Assembly: GCA_031378125.1 (NCBI GenBank)
Contig: JANNDW010000285.1
Location: 3,437 to 67,436 of the forward strand
DNA from: Methylibium sp.
GTDB lineage: Bacteria; Pseudomonadota; Gammaproteobacteria; Burkholderiales; Burkholderiaceae_C
DNA length: 64,000 nucleotides
Direction of reading: 5' to 3'
Shown piece after piece: positions 7,969 through 17,623 of this stretch. Both the position numbers and the translations under genes were made by a program. A model generated the notes under the pieces. The model worked only from the letters and a program-made list of their open reading frames with translations. It made no database searches and had not been told where the DNA came from. Position 1 is the first letter of the stretch. Each line of letters opens with the position of its first letter.

Positions 7969-10632
7969 TCAGGCAAGCTCCGCCGAACTGGGCCAGTGGT
8001 CGCGCCTGCACAAGCCGCGCGCGTCGCAGAACTCGCAGGCCCTGCCCTCGCCCAGCGCCGGCATCGCGGCACCGGCCCTGAGCCTTGCGAGATCGCGGCC
8101 CATGCCCTCGACCAGCTCCAGCGCGCTGACATGCACATCGGCGTGCGGAATTTCCCGGATCTTGTCGCCTTCGTCCAGCATCAGGTACATCGCACTGAGG
8201 TCGCCGGGGCCCTCGCCCTGCGCCGCCACCAGGGCTGCATAGAACGGAAGCTGAGTGTCTTCACCGCGCCTGATCGCGTCGTGCAAGGTTTGCGCCTGAC
8301 CGGTCTTGTAGTCGATCAGCTGGGTAGTGGGCACGCCTTGCTCATCAATGAAGTCGACCCGGTCGATCACGCCGCGCATCTCGACCGCGCCCCATTCGGG
8401 CGGCTGCGCCACCAGGCTGCGTTCGGCGTCCAGCCACTTCGCGCCCGCGCTGTCACGCTGGTGCAGCCAGGCGATGTAGCGCGGCGCCAGACGCGCGAAC
8501 GAGGCGCTGTAGGGGAGGAATTCGGCCTCATCGAGGTGCTGCTCGTTCAGCATGGCGAGCGCGATCTCGTGCAGGCGGGCGCTTTCCACATCAGCTGCCA
8601 AGGGCTCGGCCCGTTCAGTGTGAAAGCGCTGCAGCACCGCGTGCAGCCAGGTTCCATATTCGCGCTTCTCAAGATCAGCATCGAGCTCGTCCACTGCGCT
8701 AAGCCGCAACAGCCGCAGCGCAAAAAATCGATACGGGCAGGCGCGCAATGCCTCACAAGCGCTGGCGCTCAGGCTGCGTGGGAGCAGGGCCGGCGCACGC
8801 GGCTGAGGCCGTTCCAGCGGCGTGGCGGCAAGCGCCAGGGGCACCCGAGCGTCCGGCGCAATGCTCCAGGCATCAGGCCGCAAACGGCGCAGCGCCAGCC
8901 CGAGCAGTTCAACCCAGGGGCTTGGGGCCCGCGGCTCGCCTTCATCGTTGGCGCGGTACAGCAAGCTGAGTCTTGGCAAGCGCAGAACCTGCGCAAAGGC
9001 GCGGATTTCGGCATCCCGCCGGGCCTGCCGGCCGGGCAGGCCGAGTGCGCTGGATTCGCTGTCGCTCAGCAGCCCTTTCGAGGTGGGTGCTGCGCCCAGG
9101 TGGCGTTCGTCGGCACCGGGAAATACCACCGCCGCGAAGGGTCGCAGCATGGCCCGCGCCAGCGGTGTGATGACAACCCAAGCGTGGTCGGATGATTCGG
9201 GCAGGAACGATGCCTGCTCCAGGACGGTGTCTACCCAGGCGCTGAAACCGTCGAGGTCCAGTGGCTCCGTGGCCGCCGCGGCGCCGTGTTGTGCAGCCGC
9301 AGGCGTCAGTTGCAACGCGGCCAGCACCTGGCGGCCCGCATCATCGGACTCCAGCGTGGCTCGCTGACCGCTGGCGCGAAGGGCGGCCTCCAGGGCGGAC
9401 AGCCAGCCCGACCCGACAGCATGGCCGGCCGCGTACAAAGGCCGCAGCGCCGACTGGGCGGACCGCCACAGCGCCGCGGCGCGTGGCGCCAGCTGCGCCG
9501 GGTCAACCGTCCGGGCGAAGCGCACTTTCCGCGCTCGCAACGCGACTTCCAGTTCGTCCAACGCCTCGGGCATGCCGGGCATCGAAGGTCCGTGGCCGGG
9601 GTGCCCACCGGTGCAGGCCTTGAGCCAATCGAGCCAGTCATCGGTGGAAACATCATCGCGCACGCAGTTCAACAGGCCGCGAACACTCGCGCCGGCGCGC
9701 GTGGTCGATAGTTTCCAGCCGGTCTCGTCGCGCATGCCCACGCCCTGGCGGGCAAGCAGCGCGCGCACGCGGCGAACCAGCACGCGGTCCTGCGCGATCA
9801 ATGCCACCGGTTGCTCACCGTCTTGCAGGTGGCGCAGAACACACGCCGCACTGCGTTGCGCCTCGGCTTCGAAGTCCTCGCACACCGCAATGTTGATGCT
9901 TGTCTCGGGCGGCAGCGTGGCGAATGGATCGGCGGGGTCAACATCGGTATCAAGCCAAAGGCACGGTGTGGCCTGCGCAGCGTGTTGCAGCAGGCCCTGC
10001 GTCAGCAGGTCTGGGCCACCCGCCTGCAGAACAATCCAACCGGCGGGCCGGAGCTCGAACAACGCATCGGTGGCGGGGGCCGACGTGCTTGCCGCCCACT
10101 CCAGTGCGACTCGGCCGAGCAGCCTTTCTCTGGCGCCCGGCATGCCGGCGGCGACCGATTGGAGCGACAGCAAAGCCCTTCCACGCGCCCAGTGTTCGGT
10201 ACGCTGATCGGGAGGCAGCGCAAACGCGGCACTGGCAAGTGCATGGGCCGATTGCACCACTTCGGCAACCGCCTGCGCAAAGCCACGAACATCACTTTGC
10301 GCCCAGGCCGCCGCCCAGCTTTGGGCACGCAGCAAACGATCGGCGACGATGTGGTCAAGTGCAACATCGAAGCTCAGTTGGCCCGGCGCTGGACGACTCC
10401 CGGGGCCGAGGCTGCGCGCCAGCGACTGGGTCGTCTCAACACGAGGCATCCAGCCGCCCATTGCACCGAATGCGCGCCGCGCAACGGGCAGCAGTTGTGC
10501 GAAGGGCAGCACAACGATCAGGTCCCGGCAACTCAGCCCTTGCGCCCGAGCCCATTCCACAGTGACGGAAACGACCTCGCTCCAGGGGTCGGCCGTCGAC
10601 AATTCAAGTGGGTGTTGGTCTATTGCCGCCAT
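7969..10632 (-). CDS. addB: AddB-type PD-(D/E)XK nuclease subunit with Fe-S cysteine cluster
   Basis: 887 aa directly upstream of addA. Nuclease motif IDRVDF...LIDYKTG. Cysteines CEALRACPYRFF plus C-terminal CEFCDARGLC are typical of the AddB iron-staple. Confidence 0.85.
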   Translation of the reverse strand: MAAIDQHPLELSTADPWSEVVSVTVEWARAQGLSCRDLIVVLPFAQLLPVARRAFGAMGGWMPRVETTQSLARSLGPGSRPAPGQLSFDVALDHIVADRLLRAQSWAAAWAQSDVRGFAQAVAEVVQSAHALASAAFALPPDQRTEHWARGRALLSLQSVAAGMPGARERLLGRVALEWAASTSAPATDALFELRPAGWIVLQAGGPDLLTQGLLQHAAQATPCLWLDTDVDPADPFATLPPETSINIAVCEDFEAEAQRSAACVLRHLQDGEQPVALIAQDRVLVRRVRALLARQGVGMRDETGWKLSTTRAGASVRGLLNCVRDDVSTDDWLDWLKACTGGHPGHGPSMPGMPEALDELEVALRARKVRFARTVDPAQLAPRAAALWRSAQSALRPLYAAGHAVGSGWLSALEAALRASGQRATLESDDAGRQVLAALQLTPAAAQHGAAAATEPLDLDGFSAWVDTVLEQASFLPESSDHAWVVITPLARAMLRPFAAVVFPGADERHLGAAPTSKGLLSDSESSALGLPGRQARRDAEIRAFAQVLRLPRLSLLYRANDEGEPRAPSPWVELLGLALRRLRPDAWSIAPDARVPLALAATPLERPQPRAPALLPRSLSASACEALRACPYRFFALRLLRLSAVDELDADLEKREYGTWLHAVLQRFHTERAEPLAADVESARLHEIALAMLNEQHLDEAEFLPYSASFARLAPRYIAWLHQRDSAGAKWLDAERSLVAQPPEWGAVEMRGVIDRVDFIDEQGVPTTQLIDYKTGQAQTLHDAIRRGEDTQLPFYAALVAAQGEGPGDLSAMYLMLDEGDKIREIPHADVHVSALELVEGMGRDLARLRAGAAMPALGEGRACEFCDARGLCRRDHWPSSAELA

Positions 10633-10745
10633 AGCTTCATTCGCCGGGCAAGCCCCCCGCGCAGGGGCACGCGGCGAATGCCTTTGTGTCAGAATGATTG
10701 TGCCTTGCTGTCCGCCATGGGCGGCAAAACGTCCGAGGACCCTTC

Positions 10746-11075
10746 ATGAGCAGCGATCTGATCAAGCACACATCCGACGCGTCGTTCGACAGCGACGTTT
10801 TGCAGTCCGACAAGCCCGTCCTGGTGGATTACTGGGCTGAATGGTGCGGGCCATGCAAAGCCATCGCCCCCCTCCTTGACGAAGTGTCGAAGACCTACGA
10901 TGGCCGTTTGCAAGTTGCCAAGATGAATGTCGACGAGAACCGAGACATTCCCGCCAAGTTCGGGATCCGGGGCATTCCCACGCTGATGCTGTTCAAGGGC
11001 GGTCAATTGGCTGCCACCAAGGTCGGCGCGCTGTCCAAGGCGCAATTGACAGCTTTTCTCGACGGTCATCTATAA
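10746..11075 (+). CDS. trxA: thioredoxin 1
   Basis: [38 protein letters not shown]. Canonical WCGPC active site, about 109 aa. Start trimmed to ATG 10746. Confidence 0.96.
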   Translation: MSSDLIKHTSDASFDSDVLQSDKPVLVDYWAEWCGPCKAIAPLLDEVSKTYDGRLQVAKMNVDENRDIPAKFGIRGIPTLMLFKGGQLAATKVGALSKAQLTAFLDGHL

Positions 11076-11332
11076 TCCAGACAACTGCTTTGGAATCAAG
11101 TGCTGAGCGCCTGATTCCAAAGATCGAAATTCGCCCCCATGCTTGAAGGCCGGTCGCCGGCTTCAAGGTCCGTCCAAACGGTGCGTGGTTCGGCCCCCAC
11201 TCCAGCGTTTTGAATCCCGCGTCTCACGTCGGGTTGTCTCCGGCTCAGCCAACAGGCTCGCCGTGAATGCAGCAGATGCACCGATCGCATCCCTACAGCG
11301 CATCGGTTCGATCCACCCCAGCCCAAGCACCC
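11076..11332 (+). promoter_or_regulatory. long structured leader upstream of rho (candidate trxA terminator and/or rho autoregulatory leader)
   Basis: 257-bp non-coding gap. Perfect 11-bp inverted repeat ctttggaatca/tgattccaaag (11088..11122) and an imperfect hairpin cttgaaggccgg..gccggcttcaag (11142..11167). The 3' part is C-rich. Confidence 0.4.
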
Positions 11333-12595
11333 ATGCACCTGTCAGAACTGAAAGCGATCCACGTTTCCGAGCTCATCACGATGGGCGAGGCACTGGAGAT
11401 CGAGAACGTCGCCCGAATGCGCAAGCAGGAGTTGATGTTCGCGATCATGAAGAAGCGTGCCAAGGGCGGCGAACAGGTGTTCGGCGACGGCGTGCTGGAA
11501 GTGCTGCCCGACGGCTTTGGCTTCCTGCGATCGCCGGACGCCAGCTACATGGCGTCCACCGACGACATCTACCTCAGCCCGAGCCAGATCCGCCGCTTCA
11601 ACCTGCACACCGGCGACGCCGTCGAAGGCGAGGTGCGGGTGCCCAAGGATGGTGAACGCTACTTCGCGCTCGTCAAGGTCGACCGCGTGAACGGCCTGAC
11701 GCCCGAGGAGAGCAAGCACAAGATCATGTTTGAGAACTTGACGCCGCTGTTCCCCAAGGAGCAGTTCAAGCTCGAGCGGGACATCAAGTCCGAAGAGAAC
11801 ATCACCAGCCGCATCATCGACTTGATTGCCCCGCTGGGCAAAGGCCAGCGCGCCCTGCTCGTCTCCGCGCCGAAGAGCGGCAAGACGGTGATGATGCAGA
11901 ACCTCGCGCACGCGTTGATCGCCAACTACCCCGAGGTTTACTTGATCGTGCTGCTGGTCGACGAGCGGCCGGAAGAAGTGACCGAGATGCAGCGCACCGT
12001 GCGCGGCGAGGTCATCAGCTCGACCTTCGACGAGCCGGCCGCTCGCCATGTGCAAGTGGCCGAGATGGTGATCGAACGCGCCAAGCGCCTGGTCGAGATG
12101 AAGAAGGACGTGATCATCCTGCTCGACTCCATCACCCGGCTCGCGCGCGCCTACAACAACGTGTTGCCTTCCTCCGGCAAGGTGCTGACCGGCGGTGTCG
12201 ATGCCAATGCCTTGCAGCGGCCCAAGCGGTTCTTCGGCGCGGCGCGAAACATCGAGGAAGGCGGCTCGTTGACCATCATCGGAACGGCACTGGTCGACAC
12301 CGGCAGCCGGATGGACGAAGTGATCTACGAAGAGTTCAAAGGCACCGGCAACTGCGAGATCCACCTGGATCGCCGCATGGCCGAGAAGCGTGTCTACCCG
12401 TCCATCTTGCTCAACAAATCAGGCACGCGGCGCGAGGAACTGTTGCTCAAGCCCGAGATCCTGCAAAAGACCTGGATCCTGCGCAAACTGCTGTACGCGA
12501 TGGACGAAATCGAGGCCATGGAATTCATTCTCGACAAGATGAAGGCCACCAAGAACAACCTCGACTTCTTCGACATGATGCGACGAGGCGGATGA
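11333..12595 (+). CDS. rho: transcription termination factor Rho
   Basis: [19 protein letters not shown]..., RNA-binding GFGFLRSP, Walker [13 protein letters not shown], about 420 aa. Start trimmed to ATG 11333. Confidence 0.97.
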   Translation: MHLSELKAIHVSELITMGEALEIENVARMRKQELMFAIMKKRAKGGEQVFGDGVLEVLPDGFGFLRSPDASYMASTDDIYLSPSQIRRFNLHTGDAVEGEVRVPKDGERYFALVKVDRVNGLTPEESKHKIMFENLTPLFPKEQFKLERDIKSEENITSRIIDLIAPLGKGQRALLVSAPKSGKTVMMQNLAHALIANYPEVYLIVLLVDERPEEVTEMQRTVRGEVISSTFDEPAARHVQVAEMVIERAKRLVEMKKDVIILLDSITRLARAYNNVLPSSGKVLTGGVDANALQRPKRFFGAARNIEEGGSLTIIGTALVDTGSRMDEVIYEEFKGTGNCEIHLDRRMAEKRVYPSILLNKSGTRREELLLKPEILQKTWILRKLLYAMDEIEAMEFILDKMKATKNNLDFFDMMRRGG

Positions 12596-12716
12596 GCCGG
12601 AGCCGGTCTATCGTTTCAACGCTACAATCCAAGCCTACCCGCCCTATGACAAGTGCGCCGAACAGGTCGGCGTGGCTCTCACCGAAACAGCGGCGTCAAC
12701 AGGTCAGAGGATTCCC

Positions 12717-12977
12717 ATGAAAGAAGGCATTCACCCCAGCTACCGCGAAGTGTGCTTCGTGGATCTGTCCAACGGTTTCAAATTCGTGACGCGCTCTTGC
12801 GCGCAAACGCGCGAAACGGTGAAGATGGACGACGGCCGCGAGTTGCCGCTGTACAAGCTGGAAACCACCAGCGAATCACATCCTTTCTACACCGGCACCC
12901 AAAAGAGCGTGGATTCGCTGGGCGGCCGCGTCGAGAAGTTTCGCAATAAGTTCGCGCACCTGGGCGCGAAGAAGTAA
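12717..12977 (+). CDS. rpmE2: 50S ribosomal protein L31, type B (no Zn-ribbon cysteines)
   Basis: [16 protein letters not shown]...[12 protein letters not shown]...[11 protein letters not shown]. The CxxC pair of type A L31 is absent. RBS agagga lies 5 nt upstream. Confidence 0.9.
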   Translation: MKEGIHPSYREVCFVDLSNGFKFVTRSCAQTRETVKMDDGRELPLYKLETTSESHPFYTGTQKSVDSLGGRVEKFRNKFAHLGAKK

Positions 12978-12993
12978 AGACACCTCGGGTCTC

Positions 12994-13022
12994 AAAAAAG
13001 GCAGCTTCGGGCTGCCTTTTTT
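12994..13022 (+). terminator. rho-independent terminator after rpmE2
   Basis: aaaaaaggcagc-ttcgg-gctgcctttttt: GC stem flanked by an A-run and a T-run. Confidence 0.8.
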
Positions 13023-13071
13023 GTTTGCCATCCGATCTCCGGATCGTTAGTCGCTGACACCCGCTTTTGCC

Positions 13072-14739
13072 GTGAATTCACCCAACCCCGCCTTGGTCTC
13101 GCAACGCGCGGCCCAGCGCCTTCCCAGGCCGGCACTGCTGCTGTTCTGCGCCGCCTATGTGTTGCCTGGCCTGTTCGGCAGAGATCCCTGGAAAGGTGCC
13201 GACATCAGTGCGTTTGGCTACATGCTGAACATCGCGCAAGGAAAGACGCCGTGGCTCTCCCCGACCGTCGCTGGGCTGCCGGCGGATGCCGCTTTGTTGC
13301 CCTACTGGCTGGGTGCGTCGTTCATCAAGCTGCTCGGGCCCTGGGTCGAACCTGCGCTGGCCGCCAGAATTCCGTTCGCGTTGTTGCTGGCGCTGGTGCT
13401 GGTGCTGATCTGGTACAGCACCTACCACCTCGCCCGCACGGAGGCCGCCCAGCCGCTGCCCTTCGCGTTCGGCGGAGAGGCCCACCCGGTGGACTACGCG
13501 CGCGCCATCGCCGATGGTGCCGTTCTGGCCTTGATCGCCACGCTGGGCTTGTTGCAGCTGGGGCATGAAACCACTCCCGAGCTGGGGCAGCTGACCAGTG
13601 TTGCGCTGTTCCTCTACGCGCTGGCGGCCAGTCCATTTCGTTCGCTGCAAGCCAAGCTGGCTGTGCTGGTTGCCGTGCCCGCGCTGGCCGCAAGCGGGGC
13701 GCCCAGCATCGCCCTGGCCTTGAGCCTCAGTGGTGCGCTGATCTGCCGCAACTCCAGCTACCACCAGGTGCGCAACTTCGCGCCTTGGGTGCTGGTGGCG
13801 GGCGTTCTCGCGGTGGCGGTTGCGTCCGCCCTGGGTGCCTGGGGCTGGCGGCTAGAAAGTTACAGCGCAGCGCTCCAGCTGTGGGTTGTGGTGCGCCTGG
13901 TCGGCTGGTTCACCTGGCCCGCCATGCCGCTCGCGCTGTGGACCTTGTGGCGCTGGCGCAAGCATTTGTTGAACCGGCATATTTCCATTCCGCTGGGATC
14001 GGTACTCGTGTCCCTCGGGGCTTGCGTCGCGATGGGAGGATCGGACCGCGCCTTGATGCTCGGATTACCCGCCTTGGCCGTTCTGGCGGCGTTTTCGTTG
14101 CCGACCCTGCAACGCAGCACCGCCGCGGCGATCGACTGGTTCTCGGTGTTCTTCTTCAGCCTCTGTGCCATTGCCATCTGGGTGATCTACGTGTCCATGC
14201 AGACCGGCTACCCAGCCAAACCAGCCGCCAACGTGGCGCGCCTGACGCCCGGGTTCACACCGACCTTCTCACTCCTGGCCCTGGTGCTGGCCATGGTTGG
14301 CAGCCTGGCCTGGCTGTGGCTGGTGCAGTGGCGCACCGGGCGCAACCGCCACCCGCTGTGGAAAAGCCTGGTCTTGCCAGCCAGCGGCGTGGCGCTGTGC
14401 TGGTTGTTGTTGATGACCCTGCTGCTGCCACCGCTGGATCACGCCAGAAGTTATCGCGCATTCGTGCAGCGCATTGCCCAGCACATTCCGAAGGAAGCCT
14501 GCATCTCCGCACCCGGTCTCCAACGGGGTCAACTGGCGGCACTGCAGTACCTGGGGGAGTTCCGCGTCGACGCGGTAACGCCGGTCCAGACATCGACGTG
14601 CGACTACCTTCTTCAGATGGAAACGCGCCTCAAGCCCAGTGACGTGGGCCCAGGCTGGCAATTGCTGGCCCGCGAGAAACGCAACAACAATGAAGATGAA
14701 ATCACCGCGGTCTTTCGCCGAGCGTCCGGCTCACGCTGA
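13072..14739 (+). CDS. polytopic inner-membrane protein, ArnT/PMT-like (GT-C fold, family-39-like) glycosyltransferase candidate
   Basis: 555 aa with a GTG start. Many hydrophobic segments. The first loop, GLFGRDPWKGADISAFGYM, resembles the acidic first periplasmic loop of ArnT-type enzymes. The CDS looks real (high GC3), but the function is tentative. Confidence 0.55.
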   Translation: MNSPNPALVSQRAAQRLPRPALLLFCAAYVLPGLFGRDPWKGADISAFGYMLNIAQGKTPWLSPTVAGLPADAALLPYWLGASFIKLLGPWVEPALAARIPFALLLALVLVLIWYSTYHLARTEAAQPLPFAFGGEAHPVDYARAIADGAVLALIATLGLLQLGHETTPELGQLTSVALFLYALAASPFRSLQAKLAVLVAVPALAASGAPSIALALSLSGALICRNSSYHQVRNFAPWVLVAGVLAVAVASALGAWGWRLESYSAALQLWVVVRLVGWFTWPAMPLALWTLWRWRKHLLNRHISIPLGSVLVSLGACVAMGGSDRALMLGLPALAVLAAFSLPTLQRSTAAAIDWFSVFFFSLCAIAIWVIYVSMQTGYPAKPAANVARLTPGFTPTFSLLALVLAMVGSLAWLWLVQWRTGRNRHPLWKSLVLPASGVALCWLLLMTLLLPPLDHARSYRAFVQRIAQHIPKEACISAPGLQRGQLAALQYLGEFRVDAVTPVQTSTCDYLLQMETRLKPSDVGPGWQLLAREKRNNNEDEITAVFRRASGSR

Positions 14740-14746
14740 GCGCGAG

Positions 14747-16111
14747 TCAATGGATTTCGGGCTGTGTTGGTTCGGAATCGAGTGCGGCACTCACGGCTGT
14801 ATTCGCCGGCCGCGTACGCGCTGCCGGGAAGACCAACCTGAAACTCGAACCTTTGCCAAGCTCGCTTTGAATGTCGAGCTCGCCCCCGTGGCGCTGCACC
14901 ACGTGTTTGACGATGGACAAACCCAGTCCCGTGCCGCCCGTATCCCGCGCCCGGCTGCCGTCAACGCGGTAGAACCGCTCGGTCAGGCGCGGCAAGTGCT
15001 CGCGTGCAATGCCGGGGCCGGTATCGGTGACCGACAGTTCGCCGCAGCCGTCGACGCGAATTCGCCAGGCAACATCGATGCACCCCGGCGCCGGGGTGTA
15101 GCGAACGGCGTTGTTCACCAGGTTGGTGACGGCGCTCAGCAGTTCCGGCTCCGCCCCGGCTATCTGCAACCCGTCGCAGCCCACGAAGCTGAACTGGTGT
15201 CGCCCCGCCGACACCACCTTGGCTTCGATCTCCACCTGGGCCATCAGCGTGCCGATGGCAACCCAGCGCTCCGAGCTCGGCCGCGGGCTGCCCTCCAGCT
15301 GAGCCAGGGTCAGCAGGTCGTTCACCAGGGTGCCCATGCGACGAGCCTGTTGCATCATCAGCTCCAGCACGCGCCGGCGCTCGACATCCGTCAGGGGCAA
15401 GCTGCTCAAGGTTTCGATGAAGCCGGTCAGCACGGTCAACGGCGTGCGAATCTCATGCGACACGTTGGCGACAAAATCGCGCCGCATGGCTTCGGACCGT
15501 TCGTGACTGGTGACATCCTGAGACAACACGATCTTCAGGTCGTCGCCGTAGCGGCGGATCAACACCGACAAGATGCCGTTCCGGCGCGGCGCGGGGAACC
15601 GCACGGCTTCAGAAAACTCGCCCTCCTGCAGATAGGCCACAAACGCCGGCGCACGAATCAGGTTGGTGACGCGCTGGCGAATGTCGCGTTTCGGATCGAT
15701 GCCGAAGTGGTCGGCGGCCATCGCATTGCACCAGTCGATCTGGTCGCCGGCATCGAGCAGCATCACGCCATTCGGCGAGGCCTCGATGGCCGAGAGAAAC
15801 TGCGACAGACGAATCCGCTCCTGGGCGGTCTCACGCTCATGGATGCGAACCGATCTCTCCACGCGGTAACCGATCTCGCCCCAGAAACCGGTGTCTCGCG
15901 GTGCCTGATTTTCCTGGGATCCGCGCAACCAGTGGATCAGCCGATAACCACGCAGGGTGTCAAGCACCGCCAGAGCAGCGACGGCGCACGCGCCACCGAT
16001 CAATTCACTGATGAAGGGTGCCTGCACCTGGCCACCGATAAAGTGCCCGGCGAACCCACCAAGCACCACGACCAGCATGCCTGTCAGGATGCGCGGCAGC
16101 AGCCAGGTCAA
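14747..16111 (-). CDS. phoR: phosphate regulon sensor histidine kinase PhoR
   Basis: H-box FVANVSHEIRTPLT, N/G boxes NLVNNAVRYT and DTGPGI..GGTGLGLSIVKH. Lies directly downstream of phoB. Confidence 0.93.
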   Translation of the reverse strand: MTWLLPRILTGMLVVVLGGFAGHFIGGQVQAPFISELIGGACAVAALAVLDTLRGYRLIHWLRGSQENQAPRDTGFWGEIGYRVERSVRIHERETAQERIRLSQFLSAIEASPNGVMLLDAGDQIDWCNAMAADHFGIDPKRDIRQRVTNLIRAPAFVAYLQEGEFSEAVRFPAPRRNGILSVLIRRYGDDLKIVLSQDVTSHERSEAMRRDFVANVSHEIRTPLTVLTGFIETLSSLPLTDVERRRVLELMMQQARRMGTLVNDLLTLAQLEGSPRPSSERWVAIGTLMAQVEIEAKVVSAGRHQFSFVGCDGLQIAGAEPELLSAVTNLVNNAVRYTPAPGCIDVAWRIRVDGCGELSVTDTGPGIAREHLPRLTERFYRVDGSRARDTGGTGLGLSIVKHVVQRHGGELDIQSELGKGSSFRLVFPAARTRPANTAVSAALDSEPTQPEIH

Positions 16112-16133
16112 GACATTCCCCGCGTCCGACCGG

Positions 16134-16835
16134 TCATCCCGACACGGCCTGAACCTGCTGTGTCAAGCGGTAGCCCGCGCCGCGCACGGTTTCGATCATG
16201 TGCGCGCACCGCACCGGGTTCAATGCCTCGCGCAGGCGCTTCACATGCACGTCCACCGTGCGCTCTTCGATGAACACGTGATCGCCCCAGACGCGGTCCA
16301 GAAGCTGTGCCCGGCTGTGCACCCGCTCGGGATGGGTCATGAAAAAGTGCAACAACCGAAACTCGGTGGGGCCCAGCCTGACTTCCTGCCCGTTGCTCGT
16401 GACTCGCCGTGTACCGGGGTCAAGATGGAGCAGTCCGATGCTGACCGCCGTGTCCAGCGACTCCGGGGCCTTGCGGCGCAACACCGCCCGAATACGGGCC
16501 ATCAACTCGTGGGTCGAAAAGGGCTTGGTCAGGTAGTCGTCAGCGCCGGCGTCCAGCCCGGCGATCTTGTCGGACTCTTCAACCCGCGCCGTCAGCATGA
16601 TGACCGGCATTTCACGGGTGCGCGCCTGCGATCGCCAACGCTTGGCCAGCGCCAGACCCGACTGCCCGGGCAGCATCCAGTCGAGCAGTACCAGGTCCGG
16701 CAGCACGCCGTCCACGGCCGCCTGCGCTTCTTCGGCGTCCACCGCCAAGCTGACAGCGTGTCCCGCGTGGCGCAGGTTGATGGCAATCAATTCGGCGATG
16801 GCCCCCTCGTCCTCGACAACCAGAACCCGGCTCAT
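16134..16835 (-). CDS. phoB: phosphate regulon response regulator PhoB
   Basis: MSRVLVVEDE...PDLVLLDWMLPG receiver domain plus an OmpR-type winged helix (RTVDVHVKRLR..GAGYRL). Confidence 0.95.
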   Translation of the reverse strand: MSRVLVVEDEGAIAELIAINLRHAGHAVSLAVDAEEAQAAVDGVLPDLVLLDWMLPGQSGLALAKRWRSQARTREMPVIMLTARVEESDKIAGLDAGADDYLTKPFSTHELMARIRAVLRRKAPESLDTAVSIGLLHLDPGTRRVTSNGQEVRLGPTEFRLLHFFMTHPERVHSRAQLLDRVWGDHVFIEERTVDVHVKRLREALNPVRCAHMIETVRGAGYRLTQQVQAVSG

Positions 16836-16860
16836 GCTTCATCTCCCGCGCGGCAATGCT

Positions 16861-17568
16861 TCATCGAACCAGCGTCTCCACCGTGCCCACCGGGTTGTGC
16901 CGCACATCGGTTCCCTTGACGATGTAGATCACCTGTTCGGCCAGGTTCTTCGCATGATCACCCACCCGCTCGATCGCCTTGCCGACGAACACCAGATCGA
17001 TGCTCGCCGAGATGGTGCGCGGGTCTTCCATCATGAAAGTGATGAGCTTGCGAATCAGGCCTTCGAATTCCTGGTCGATCAGGTCATCGGACTTGAGCAC
17101 CTCGACGGCCTTGTCCACATCCAGTCGTGCAAACGCATCAAGTGCCTTGCGCAGCTGCGTGACCGCCAGTTCGGATTCATGCGCCAGGTCGTTGACCGGC
17201 AGGCGCAGCCGGGTCGACACGCCGGCGTTGATCAAGCGTTGCACGGTGCGGGCGATGCGCGCCGCCTCGTCGCCGACGCGCTCCAGGTTGGCGATCGTCT
17301 TCGAAATGGCGATCAACAGGCGCAGGTCGCGCGCGGTGGGTTGGCGGCGGGCAATGATGCTGGACAGGTCACTGTCGATCTCGACCTCCATCGCATTGAC
17401 CCGTTCCTCGGTGGCCAGCACTTCGGAGGCTACTTCGCCGTTGAACTGCGTCAACGCGTAGACGGCGCGAGCCACCTGCGACTCCACCATGCCGCCCATT
17501 TCCAGAACCCGCGTGGAAACCCCGCTGAGTTCGGCGTCGAATTGTGTGGACAGATGTTTGCTGCTCAT
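16861..17568 (-). CDS. phoU: phosphate signalling complex protein PhoU
   Basis: 235 aa with a duplicated PhoU repeat (IANLERVGDEA / GKAIERVGDHAKN), between pstB and phoB. Confidence 0.95.
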   Translation of the reverse strand: MSSKHLSTQFDAELSGVSTRVLEMGGMVESQVARAVYALTQFNGEVASEVLATEERVNAMEVEIDSDLSSIIARRQPTARDLRLLIAISKTIANLERVGDEAARIARTVQRLINAGVSTRLRLPVNDLAHESELAVTQLRKALDAFARLDVDKAVEVLKSDDLIDQEFEGLIRKLITFMMEDPRTISASIDLVFVGKAIERVGDHAKNLAEQVIYIVKGTDVRHNPVGTVETLVR

Positions 17569-17623
17569 GGCGGTTTCCTTTGATTGTGCGGCACGCTGCC
17601 ACGCGCCGGCGCTGCAGGCCGGC

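Noticed and set aside
7911-8138. 76-codon N-terminal extension of addA in the ORF track
   Set aside because: It would overlap the 3' end of addB by about 170 nt and adds a non-conserved Arg/Trp-rich peptide. ATG 7910 has a GGAG RBS and starts just before the helicase motif I region.
12596-12716. Zur box upstream of the Cys-less L31 gene
   Set aside because: No AT-rich palindrome of the Zur type was seen by eye, only an isolated TACAAT hexamer with a poor -35. I cannot call a site.
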